This document shows, piece after piece, positions 9,596 through 18,201 of a stretch of DNA of 64,000 nt. The notes beneath the pieces are model-generated. The model had not been told where the DNA came from and made no database searches. It worked only from the letters and a program-made list of their open reading frames with translations. Positions within the stretch are counted from its first letter, which is position 1. Each line of letters starts with the position of its first letter. The translations under genes and the position numbers were made by a program. Source of the stretch: a virus; the IMG/VR virus record IMGVR_UViG_3300045988_133735. One strand, written 5' to 3'.

Positions 9596-9847
9596 CAAAA
9601 ATATTTTTCCACTTTTGACGGCAGGGGAAAGACCGCCTGTAATTTTTCCGCTGGAGCGTGTTGCGCCAGCAGTGATTTGGAGCACCCCATAGTGAATCTG
9701 CGGCGTTGTTACGCACGTAGTTCCACTCCGACATTATGCTCTCTGAAGCGTCTCTGGCAGTGCCTATTATAATAATGTAGGCGCATGCAGAGCTTGCCTG
9801 CGGATTCCTTTCGGTTCCCGGACGAGAATTACCCAAACTCGCCGTGG

Positions 9848-12800
9848 CTAGGCCACCATGTTCGTCGGTTTTACTAAATACTCCCTCATGCTTCGCAATG
9901 ATATAATAAAATACCTGCGGAGCACTTGTTCCGTGTCACCACCCGGAGTATTGCTGGGCACAATCATGAAACCCGTCATTTTGGGTTTACCCAGCTGAGT
10001 TGCAAATGCTGTGATGCCCAGTCCAGCAGGAAGGGCACCAGTGAGATTAATGATTTTATCAAGAAGTTTAACAATGGATGTGAGGAAAGATACGCCGCCC
10101 TTCACGAGGCCAGAAGAGAGAACGTCTTGAGAAAGGACTTGGAAGCTTGCATCGAGCTGTGCGAGACGGCCATTGATACTGTCGAGATACTTCTCGTTCT
10201 CTTCCCATGCCACGTTGGCGCTGTTAGCAGCGGATTCCATAGCAGATTCAGCAACGTCAAAGTTGTTTAGAATAGCACTAACTGCATTTGCGTTTCTCTT
10301 TCCGCCAATCATTTCAGTAACATTTGCCTGCGTTACATCGGACAGACCACTCCATACTTGAGACAGCTCTTTCATGATTTGATATGTACTCTTGAAATTT
10401 TTGCTATCCAGCATGATGTCAACGCCAGTCAGAGATTTCAGTTCACTGCGGAGCTCAGACACAGAATTGGCCATACCGTCAACTTCAATACCTGCATTCT
10501 CTGCGTCACTTTTAGCAGCACGGAGATACATTGACAAACTTTTTAAAGTTGTACCGACCGTATCTGCATCTTGGATAACTGCGTTTGCAGCAGTACCAAG
10601 CGCGATAGTTTCTTCCAGCGTATTATTAGCGGCCGACATAGCAGCAGAACTGCGAGTCAAGATTTCGCCAAGGTCTTTTGCAGTAACGGGCTGTGTATTT
10701 GCGACAGCGTCAATTTTATTAACGACATCTTCTGCTTGATCGGCTAACAGTCCAAAGCCTTGTAAAGTAGAAATCAAATACGAAGACGAGGTGTTAACGT
10801 CATCGATATTATCGCCAACGTTACGAAGTAGGGTAGAGTAGGTTGCTAAATTCTCGGCGTCTTCATCAGAATAACCAAGCCGCTTCCAATCTGCGGTTGA
10901 ATTAACATAGTCACTTATAGATACGCCTAACTTTTGAGCCTGTTCTGCGGCACGTCCCATATACTCTTCAAGGGATTTTCCTGTATACTCACTGACTTTT
11001 CTTAACTCAGTTACTGCCGTATCAATTTCGACCACATTCTGATACACGATCCGCAACGCGTCTTGCATCTTGTGCAGTGCTGCCATAGTGATCATAGTAC
11101 TCAAATGCTGGCCAAACAGTTTTTCGAACACATCAAGCAGATTTTTTGATTCGAGACCCAACTTTTTAGATTCAGCGCGAAGCTCTGCATATTTCTTTTT
11201 CAGTTCACCAATTTTCTCTGGTGCGTCACTTTGATTCAATGCTTCAAGCAACTCATAGAGAGACTTTCCAACGTCTGTTCCGTCAAGCTTTTTATGTTCT
11301 GCAATATAATCATGAATAGTTGCCTTCAGATTAGCGACTTCCATTGATGCCTTATTTATAGATTTTTCACGAGAGGCTTCTTTATTGAAATCTTTTGCTT
11401 CTTGTGTTGCTTCTCTATAGGCGAGGTGTAATTGATTTATTGCATCCGTTACAGAATTAATTTTATCTGGAGATATACCAAGGTTATTCTGTGCCCATCC
11501 TTTGGCAGCTGATACCGGATCTGAAGATTCGTTTATCGTATCGAGTAAAGTTTTGAGCTTTGAATCTTTTTCTTGTAGTTTGCCATAAAAAGAATAATCA
11601 GTACCATAATTCTTCTGGACATCCTTCATTGTGGCCCTATTTTGAGATATTGCATCGCTGACAGATTTTAAGTTTGATATCTTTGTACTTTCTCGTTTTG
11701 CGGCTTGGTTTTCCGCCTCTTCGACGGCTTTAACTTTTCTTTCGATTTCTTCCCAAATCTTTTTGACTTCTACAAGTTTTTCTTTATAAGCGTCAGTTTG
11801 AGGCTCAAGCTCATTTAACTGCTTGAGAAGATTATCGATACCATCAAATTTGACATTCTGGAGACTTCCATCGGCCTGCATCTGTCGAGCAACTTCAACA
11901 CCCTCGGCAATTTTGATACCTTCGCGTTCAAGTTTCTTATAATTGCTCTTCCAAATGGTGTATTGCGCGTTGGCTTTGTAAGATTCACGCTTTAGCTCAT
12001 TATAATCAACTGCATAATTCTCGTATGTGTTTGGATTTTGAGCGCTAAGTGTGGCCGCTTTGGTGATAACTCCATTAATAGAATTCTTTAATTTCTCGTT
12101 AGAACTGCCAGAGGCTTCTTCTGCAAGCTGATAGAACTTCTTTTCAATACTATCAACGGCTTTCGTAAGGTCTTTTTGCTTCTTTTCTACGGTATCTATA
12201 ACTGCCACAACAGATTTCCAGTTTTCTTCTGCGGCTTGAATTGCGTTGTTGTACTCTTCTGTACCAACCTTTGCTTTAGCGATCTGTGATACAAGTTCTT
12301 GCTGCTTTTGAAGCGCGACTTGGATATCCGTCGCCGTTTTACCCTCCGCTGCGGCTTCTTCTACTGTTCCATAAGTTTTTTGAGCGCCGGACAGTTGATT
12401 TACAAGATTTTGATATTGGTCGTTGCGTTTATTTTCTACGGCACGATTAGATGAACGGTATTCCTTTTCAGCCAAATCTGCTATATCGCGAACGTCTGTA
12501 AACTGATAGGGATTTACACCAGTGGAATCTTGGAAATTAAACATCAATTCAGAAAGACGAGTTTCTTCTTCTGCCAACTGCTTGTTTACTTCATCCAAAT
12601 CCTCTTTATCTTTTGCATCAACAAATCTACCTCTTTGTTTTTGCAGAGATATGATTTTCTGATAACTTGAAACAATATCGTCGATAGCTTTACTTCCATC
12701 AGAATTATCCTTCTTCTCTTGTGCAATAATATCGCGGGCAAGAAGTTTATTTTCTGCTTCTTCTTGCTTTTTGGTTGCCTCAGCGGCTTTTTCTTTCGCT

Positions 12801-15481
12801 TCTGTTTCTTCTTGTAATGCTTTTGTCGCTTCTTGTTGAATCTTTATGGCTACCTGTTGTTTTGCAATATCAAATTTATTATCAGAACTTGCTTGTGCAT
12901 AATAATATTTAAGTGCCTGTTTACGAATACTAGTGACTTTTAATGGATTATATCCAACTTCGCTTGCAGAAAGCATTTTTTCATTAAGCTCTGCTTCATC
13001 GGCAGAAATTTGATCTTCAATTTGGTGTAAGTCAAATGCCTGCTCTGGCTTTGTATATCTTCCACGTTTGCTTTCTAAACTAGTAAGTTCTCGATAGATA
13101 GATTCAATGGCTTTTAAATTATCTAACTCTGCTTGATCATATTTCTTCTGTGCAGTAACTACATCTCGATTAAAAGATCTATTTTCAGCATCAGCCTTTT
13201 TTTGAGCAGCATCAGCGATTTTTTGTTGAAGCTGTTCTTCTTGCTGCAACAATCTATTAGCTTCTTGTTGTGCTTTTACGTCTATAATGTTTGAATCTAT
13301 TTTGGATTTTGTGGTTCCCTTCTTCTTGGATTCTTTGCCAGCCGCTTCTTTAATTGCATCAACAATCTTCGCATTTTTCAGAATCAGATTGCCCGCGATA
13401 TCGAATTCCTTTTTCGAAATCTCAACATCATCAATCTTGACATCAGCTGCTTTGATTTTTACAGAGCCATTAAGTTTCAGGGGATCTGGTCTCTTGATAT
13501 CTTCATCTTTGAGTTCGACCTTGCCCTTTAAATCAATGACATCAGGTTTTTTAACATCATCCTTTACGTTCTTCTTTTTGCCCTTGGCGGTATCGTTAAC
13601 CGTAACGTTAGACACTTTGCCTTCCAGTTCGACTGCCGTTTTCGGAGGAGTGATGTCAGAAACCTTAAGTTCAACCTTACCGGGGATTTTCACAGATCCC
13701 TTCGGAGGAGTTACGTCTTCTACTTTAAGAGTTACCTTGCCGGGAATATTAACCGGTGCAGTCGGATCAACCGTGACAGTTCCGGGAATAGACACAGGAT
13801 TTTTGACATCCACGACAACGTCTGCATCTGTGATAGTAACTTTACCACGTATCGGCACAACATCATTAGCATTACTTTGATTATCATTCTTAGGGATATC
13901 TGGTTTATCAGGTTCATTTAACGATTTATTCAACTCATCTTTAACATGTTTTGCTGCATCTTTTTTAAGATGGAGATCAATAGGGGCTGAAATATCTTTA
14001 AACGCCTCATCAACTTTAAGCTGAAGAACGGCCGGATCAATATCGAATTTAACGTCTTTTACATTATAGACCCCGTCTTCAATCTGATTTTTTCCACCAC
14101 TATTTTGAGCGGCTTGCATTTTAATTTCTTGATTCTTGATAAAATCTGCGAGGTTTGTTGTTTCTGCAAATTTTGCAATTTTATCTGTATCAAATTTCTT
14201 GAAAAGGGCTTCATATTGCATGAGTTCATTCGAAAGTCCTTCGCGTGTTAGCACTGTTGCGGCGAGAATGCTTTTTTCTAAATCCACAGCAGTTTTACGC
14301 GCATCATTGATTGCATTCTGTTTATCTGCAATATTGCTCAATACCTTATCGAGTTTTTGCCCATACGTTTCAATAGTCGAAGCGTCTAAATGCCCAGAAG
14401 TGTCTGTTTTTTGTGCAGCGTTCGCTTCTTTTTGGACGTCTTTTATTTCTGCCTTAACAGCCTTTGCACTAGAGTTAATTTCTGATATTTTAGCATGGAC
14501 ATTCCCAAGCTCACCTGATACATTGTCCAGGACAGAATTGAACGATATTTTATTATCACCAGTTAATCCGTTTATTAACTTGGAAAAATCCATGACTTGG
14601 TCAGTTGTTTTAAATGCGTCTTTTGATTTATCAATAATCTCATCTAAAAAATCATCGATGGACATGAATTCTTTCAGCTTTTTGTTTAAATCAAAACCCT
14701 GTGCATTAAAGACATCCAATTTATCTTTGAATTTGTCTGAATCAAATGCAGAATATACAGAATCTAAAATTGATTTTAATTCTTTTGCCTTACTTCCAAG
14801 CTGAGTAAATTGATCATTAAATGCATTTATATTAATTTTATCGTCATCTAACCAATTGTCTGCATATAATCCAGCCCAAATATCTTTTATTTCATTTACA
14901 AGATTTTCGACTTGAGATAAATTTCTTTTCTTTGTTGTATCTGAAATTTTATAATTCAATAAATCGTTGATATTAAAAGTCCCAGATAAACCACCAACAA
15001 ATTCATCACTTACCTCATTCGCAACTTGTTTAGCAATTGTTTTGAATTCTTTCGTAGGGAATATATCATTTACAAAAGAACCCAATCGATCTGTATTACT
15101 TGTTAAATTTTTTAGATAATAACTTAATTGTTGATTGACTTCTTTTAGTTGATTTTTTAACTGCTTAGTCAACTCACTCGAAAAATCATCAACGTTAACA
15201 CCAACAGTAACTTTCGGAATATCGCCAATGCCGTTAATTTGCTGTTGAATATCAGTTTTTAGTTTTTCAGTATCGACAACAGGCGTTATACTTGCAGTTG
15301 CCTTGATGTTTTTTAATTTATCTTCGACCTTCTTTTTTATGCCATCAACATTAGGGTCAATATCAATCTGTGGCTTTTCACCGCTTTGTTTTACTTTTCG
15401 CTCAATGCTCGTCTTTAACTCTGTTGGTTTGATTTGTGGATCTACCTTAACTTTGATACTCAGTTCTGGTTCACGCGCCAT
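9848..15481 (-). CDS. Giant (1877 aa) coiled-coil protein with a tape-measure core region near its C-terminus
   Basis: Residues ~1480-1720 (..QKLGVSISDY..ISTLQGFGL..NKIDAVANTQPVTAKDLGEILTRSSAAMSAANNTLEETIALGTAANAVIQDADTVGTTLKSLSMYLRAA..) look like the TP901-type tape-measure core, followed by a hydrophobic segment. The N-terminal ~1450 aa is coiled coil with internal repeats. Confidence 0.6.
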   Translation of the reverse strand: MAREPELSIKVKVDPQIKPTELKTSIERKVKQSGEKPQIDIDPNVDGIKKKVEDKLKNIKATASITPVVDTEKLKTDIQQQINGIGDIPKVTVGVNVDDFSSELTKQLKNQLKEVNQQLSYYLKNLTSNTDRLGSFVNDIFPTKEFKTIAKQVANEVSDEFVGGLSGTFNINDLLNYKISDTTKKRNLSQVENLVNEIKDIWAGLYADNWLDDDKININAFNDQFTQLGSKAKELKSILDSVYSAFDSDKFKDKLDVFNAQGFDLNKKLKEFMSIDDFLDEIIDKSKDAFKTTDQVMDFSKLINGLTGDNKISFNSVLDNVSGELGNVHAKISEINSSAKAVKAEIKDVQKEANAAQKTDTSGHLDASTIETYGQKLDKVLSNIADKQNAINDARKTAVDLEKSILAATVLTREGLSNELMQYEALFKKFDTDKIAKFAETTNLADFIKNQEIKMQAAQNSGGKNQIEDGVYNVKDVKFDIDPAVLQLKVDEAFKDISAPIDLHLKKDAAKHVKDELNKSLNEPDKPDIPKNDNQSNANDVVPIRGKVTITDADVVVDVKNPVSIPGTVTVDPTAPVNIPGKVTLKVEDVTPPKGSVKIPGKVELKVSDITPPKTAVELEGKVSNVTVNDTAKGKKKNVKDDVKKPDVIDLKGKVELKDEDIKRPDPLKLNGSVKIKAADVKIDDVEISKKEFDIAGNLILKNAKIVDAIKEAAGKESKKKGTTKSKIDSNIIDVKAQQEANRLLQQEEQLQQKIADAAQKKADAENRSFNRDVVTAQKKYDQAELDNLKAIESIYRELTSLESKRGRYTKPEQAFDLHQIEDQISADEAELNEKMLSASEVGYNPLKVTSIRKQALKYYYAQASSDNKFDIAKQQVAIKIQQEATKALQEETEAKEKAAEATKKQEEAENKLLARDIIAQEKKDNSDGSKAIDDIVSSYQKIISLQKQRGRFVDAKDKEDLDEVNKQLAEEETRLSELMFNFQDSTGVNPYQFTDVRDIADLAEKEYRSSNRAVENKRNDQYQNLVNQLSGAQKTYGTVEEAAAEGKTATDIQVALQKQQELVSQIAKAKVGTEEYNNAIQAAEENWKSVVAVIDTVEKKQKDLTKAVDSIEKKFYQLAEEASGSSNEKLKNSINGVITKAATLSAQNPNTYENYAVDYNELKRESYKANAQYTIWKSNYKKLEREGIKIAEGVEVARQMQADGSLQNVKFDGIDNLLKQLNELEPQTDAYKEKLVEVKKIWEEIERKVKAVEEAENQAAKRESTKISNLKSVSDAISQNRATMKDVQKNYGTDYSFYGKLQEKDSKLKTLLDTINESSDPVSAAKGWAQNNLGISPDKINSVTDAINQLHLAYREATQEAKDFNKEASREKSINKASMEVANLKATIHDYIAEHKKLDGTDVGKSLYELLEALNQSDAPEKIGELKKKYAELRAESKKLGLESKNLLDVFEKLFGQHLSTMITMAALHKMQDALRIVYQNVVEIDTAVTELRKVSEYTGKSLEEYMGRAAEQAQKLGVSISDYVNSTADWKRLGYSDEDAENLATYSTLLRNVGDNIDDVNTSSSYLISTLQGFGLLADQAEDVVNKIDAVANTQPVTAKDLGEILTRSSAAMSAANNTLEETIALGTAANAVIQDADTVGTTLKSLSMYLRAAKSDAENAGIEVDGMANSVSELRSELKSLTGVDIMLDSKNFKSTYQIMKELSQVWSGLSDVTQANVTEMIGGKRNANAVSAILNNFDVAESAMESAANSANVAWEENEKYLDSINGRLAQLDASFQVLSQDVLSSGLVKGGVSFLTSIVKLLDKIINLTGALPAGLGITAFATQLGKPKMTGFMIVPSNTPGGDTEQVLRRYFIISLRSMREYLVKPTNMVA

Positions 15482-15548
15482 ATTATATTCCTCCTTTGGA
15501 GCCGAATCTAAAAAAAGCAGGCTTTAATAAGTCTGCTCATCTTTTTAA

Positions 15549-16013
15549 TTATTTGTCGTGCTCGATTCGATTTTTTAGTAGCTTTACAATATCAGCGTAT
15601 CGATAATCGATGTCGTCTTGTGTGTTTTCCATGAATGGACGTGGTTTTGTCCACTTATATTTTCTATAATTCCACGGATTGTAAGCGCCTTCTTCGATTA
15701 TACGTGCCAAACTATCTGGTTTGTTTTTGAAATTTGGAGCGTCTAAGCGTGGTCCATCAATGGGAGCTTCTTCATACACATATAGCGTGTGATCTCGAAC
15801 TTTGTGTTTTAGATTTTTATCGTCTACTAAGCCACCAGATCCCTCGCGCCGTTCATATTCGACGGGGGAGTAGGTTGAATACACGTCTTTCTGTACATGA
15901 GATTTAAGCCGCTCTTTTACAGTGCTTGCAATTTCGTTTTTTAGTGCAAGATTTGCACGCCTCATGATTTCAGTCTGAAGAGCATCCACCGTGGTAGCTG
16001 TAAACTTTGCCAT
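15549..16013 (-). CDS. Virion-module protein (154 aa), function unknown
   Basis: ATG 16013-16011 with AAGGAG 7 nt upstream. The longer track ORF start at 16085 has no SD. Confidence 0.5.
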   Translation of the reverse strand: MAKFTATTVDALQTEIMRRANLALKNEIASTVKERLKSHVQKDVYSTYSPVEYERREGSGGLVDDKNLKHKVRDHTLYVYEEAPIDGPRLDAPNFKNKPDSLARIIEEGAYNPWNYRKYKWTKPRPFMENTQDDIDYRYADIVKLLKNRIEHDK

Positions 16014-16017
16014 AATC

Positions 16018-16539
16018 TTACTCCTTGTCTTTGGTGACCACTGTGGCGTGAATTCCATCAAGTACGCCTTCTGGAGTTTTAACATTATAGCTGTTATCGA
16101 AAACGGGCTTTGTCATGTTCTCTTCAGAAATAGTTTTAATCATTTCTTTCATATTAAACTGCTCGCCAATACCATTCAGCACATCGGCTGCTAACTTCAT
16201 CAACTCCTCAAACGGCTGATTCTTTGCAGTTGCCTCGAACAGCGCCATATACTGCTGACGTTCAATCTCGATCTTCTCACGGCAAGCCTTGTTCAGCGTA
16301 CCAAGAATATACTTGCGAGGAGCTTCGTTCATCATCTTTGTGGTCTCATCAGAAAATGCCAGCTCGCTCAGCGCGTTCTGATCCATGCCGGTTGTATCAG
16401 TGTCTGTAAAGTAGACAACAGCAGCAATACGGAAAGCATAATCATATAGTGCGGGATCATACTTGCCATTACGCTTTGACAGGTCTACAACACCATCAAC
16501 AAACTGGATGCGCTCTTCTAGGTTCAGATTATATTTCAT
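16018..16539 (-). CDS. Tail assembly chaperone-like protein (173 aa), assigned by position
   Basis: Acidic protein between the major tail gene and the tape-measure-like gene. AGGAGG lies upstream of the ATG. Confidence 0.4.
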   Translation of the reverse strand: MKYNLNLEERIQFVDGVVDLSKRNGKYDPALYDYAFRIAAVVYFTDTDTTGMDQNALSELAFSDETTKMMNEAPRKYILGTLNKACREKIEIERQQYMALFEATAKNQPFEELMKLAADVLNGIGEQFNMKEMIKTISEENMTKPVFDNSYNVKTPEGVLDGIHATVVTKDKE

Positions 16540-16544
16540 AATTA

Positions 16545-17096
16545 TTAGTCCTCCTGTGTAATTTTATTTCGTTCAAGTCTCATCAGTGCGGCAGTCGCAA
16601 TACACATCGCGTCAGCTTCATCAGAAGAGACATTTTCACCATAGTGTTCGGCTACATAGTCAATAGCCTGCTGTTTTAGTTCGGGGCGTTTTACTTGCCG
16701 CCCCTGTTTGAAATCGAGCATTTTGCGCCATTCAGTCGGCTTTATGATTTCATATGGGATATTGAATAGTTCACACGCTCCAATAATCGCCCCCTGCAAC
16801 TGCGCAAGCTGAATTACTGTCTTGGCTGATGCTTGCAGCGCCACGTCTTCAATTACGACAAGATCGGGATTGTTGGTTTTGATGCGGCTCTGTATCATCT
16901 GGCGCATAATGGCGCGACGCTCAACTGGGTCTTTGGTTTTACTTAAATCAATTAGCGAGTGATATACAGTGCCGTCGTCTAATGTACAAACACCGGTCTT
17001 TATTAGCGCTTGGTCAAAAGCTAAGATTTTTATAATAAACACTTCCTTTTTGTTTTGGAATATGGTAGAATTCAAACTTGAAGAACACCTGCACAC
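16545..17096 (-). CDS. ruvC: RuvC-like Holliday junction resolvase
   Basis: ..KILAFDQALIKTG..(D)..VVIEDVALQ..LAQLQGAI..KPTEWRK..SSDEADAMCIA.. follows the RuvC/RNase H-fold acidic motif order. The true start is uncertain (GTG 17096, GTG 17042, or ATT/ATA after AAGGAAG). Confidence 0.75.
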   Translation of the reverse strand: MCRCSSSLNSTIFQNKKEVFIIKILAFDQALIKTGVCTLDDGTVYHSLIDLSKTKDPVERRAIMRQMIQSRIKTNNPDLVVIEDVALQASAKTVIQLAQLQGAIIGACELFNIPYEIIKPTEWRKMLDFKQGRQVKRPELKQQAIDYVAEHYGENVSSDEADAMCIATAALMRLERNKITQED

Positions 17097-17186
17097 CCCT
17101 CTTGGGGCTTATTCAATCATGTGGACGTTATCGTAGGGGCTTCCCGGAAATCCAGTAGTTCGGCTGCTGGTAGAAAGGAGGACCCT

Positions 17187-17288
17187 ATGGAGTTTAACTT
17201 TGCGACTCTGCGAGAAATCGTTGGTTTTGTAGCTGATTTGACAGTCATTGTCTTGTTCACTATGAAAGTAAGCCAGCGCCGGGCGTAA
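17187..17288 (+). CDS. Small hydrophobic peptide (33 aa), tentative
   Basis: GAAAGGAGG lies 6 nt upstream of the ATG. Peptide is MEFNFATLREIVGFVADLTVIVLFTMKVSQRRA: one TM-like helix with a basic tail. It lies antisense inside a 370-nt gap of the late operon. Confidence 0.3.
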   Translation: MEFNFATLREIVGFVADLTVIVLFTMKVSQRRA

Positions 17289-17419
17289 GCGGTGCCATCT
17301 GTCCGAGTTTTTACTGAAGCCTCTATGCAAATTAGAGAGCTGGTCCGCTGTGTGGGTGTTCTTCTTATTTGTGAGTTTCCTCATATCAACGCATGACTGC
17401 TCAAGCGGTCGTGCGCTCA

Positions 17420-17452
17420 TAAAAGGGGTAGAGCCCCGAAAGACTCTACCTC
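17420..17452 (-). terminator. Rho-independent terminator after the major tail gene
   Basis: Minus strand: GGTAGAG-tctttcgggg-CTCTACC followed by CCTTTTAT. Confidence 0.6.
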
Positions 17453-17470
17453 TGATTTACTATTCGACAA

Positions 17471-18196
17471 TTACTCACCATCAAAGACCAAGTCGAACAT
17501 GTTGCCATCAGCATCAGCCAGAACGTCGAAGGTCATGGTCAGGGAAACTGGATCGCCGGTATTCTGCCAGGACAGCTCGAAACCAGCCTGCGGAACAGCC
17601 TTATACCAAATCGGATGGGCCTCGATAATGACATCGTCTTCGGTCTTGTAGGGAATAGAACCCTCGACACGATATGCCTTGGGGAAGTGCTTGGAATCGA
17701 GGTGCACCACCTGAGGCTTAGCAGACTTCTTGTAGTAATACACAATATAGTCAACGCCGCTCTCGACGGTAACGGTGACTTCCTTCTCAGACACGGTAGC
17801 TGTCAGCTCGGTACCCAGATCGTCGTCGGCCTTGAAGACCTGCACGTAATCACCAGCAGCAGCCTCGCTCAGAGTCAGCTTGGCAGTGTCGGCAGCGGTA
17901 ACCTTCTCGCGCTTCAGGAAGTTTGCAGTGGTACCCAGATCGTTACCAGACAGCATCTGGAAGACCTTGACGGGATACACCTGAGCCTCGATGGTCAGAG
18001 TGCCGGTACGAGAACCGTCGAACTGCACGCGGTTGGGAGCTCCCTGACCGCCAGTAGCAAACACACGGTCACCTTCGAAAGAAGTAGAGGTGACGTTAGC
18101 CCAATCGACATTTAGGAACATCTTCTTGGTGGAATAGTTCTTCAGCATCAGGTCAGCAACTTCGCGGTTGGCAAAATTAGCATTCTTGTTAGCCAT
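17471..18196 (-). CDS. Major tail (tube) protein
   Basis: 241 aa with AGGAGG upstream. Strongly C/G-ending codon usage suggests high expression. Sits between the neck genes and the chaperone/tape-measure genes. No sheath gene is nearby, so the tail is probably non-contractile. Confidence 0.65.
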   Translation of the reverse strand: MANKNANFANREVADLMLKNYSTKKMFLNVDWANVTSTSFEGDRVFATGGQGAPNRVQFDGSRTGTLTIEAQVYPVKVFQMLSGNDLGTTANFLKREKVTAADTAKLTLSEAAAGDYVQVFKADDDLGTELTATVSEKEVTVTVESGVDYIVYYYKKSAKPQVVHLDSKHFPKAYRVEGSIPYKTEDDVIIEAHPIWYKAVPQAGFELSWQNTGDPVSLTMTFDVLADADGNMFDLVFDGE

Positions 18197-18201
18197 AATT
18201 G

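Noticed and set aside
7266-9847. A group II or group I intron interrupting the tape-measure gene.
   Set aside because: - There is no reverse transcriptase or homing endonuclease ORF.
- I could find no GUGYG 5' end or domain V-like hairpin.
- The interval carries genes on both strands with their own consensus promoters, which fits a DNA-level insertion better.
- Splicing cannot be excluded without RNA data, so I record the question under the split tape-measure finding instead.
16018-16085. A programmed -1 frameshift (G/GT-type) joining the chaperone-like ORF to the next ORF.
   Set aside because: The downstream frame is +1, not -1, relative to the chaperone-like ORF. No slippery heptamer is evident. 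The downstream gene has its own AAGGAG-ATG start at 16013.
17109-17420. A 103-aa minus-strand ORF in the gap after the major tail gene.
   Set aside because: It starts immediately after a terminator, has no SD, and has a composition that does not look protein-like.
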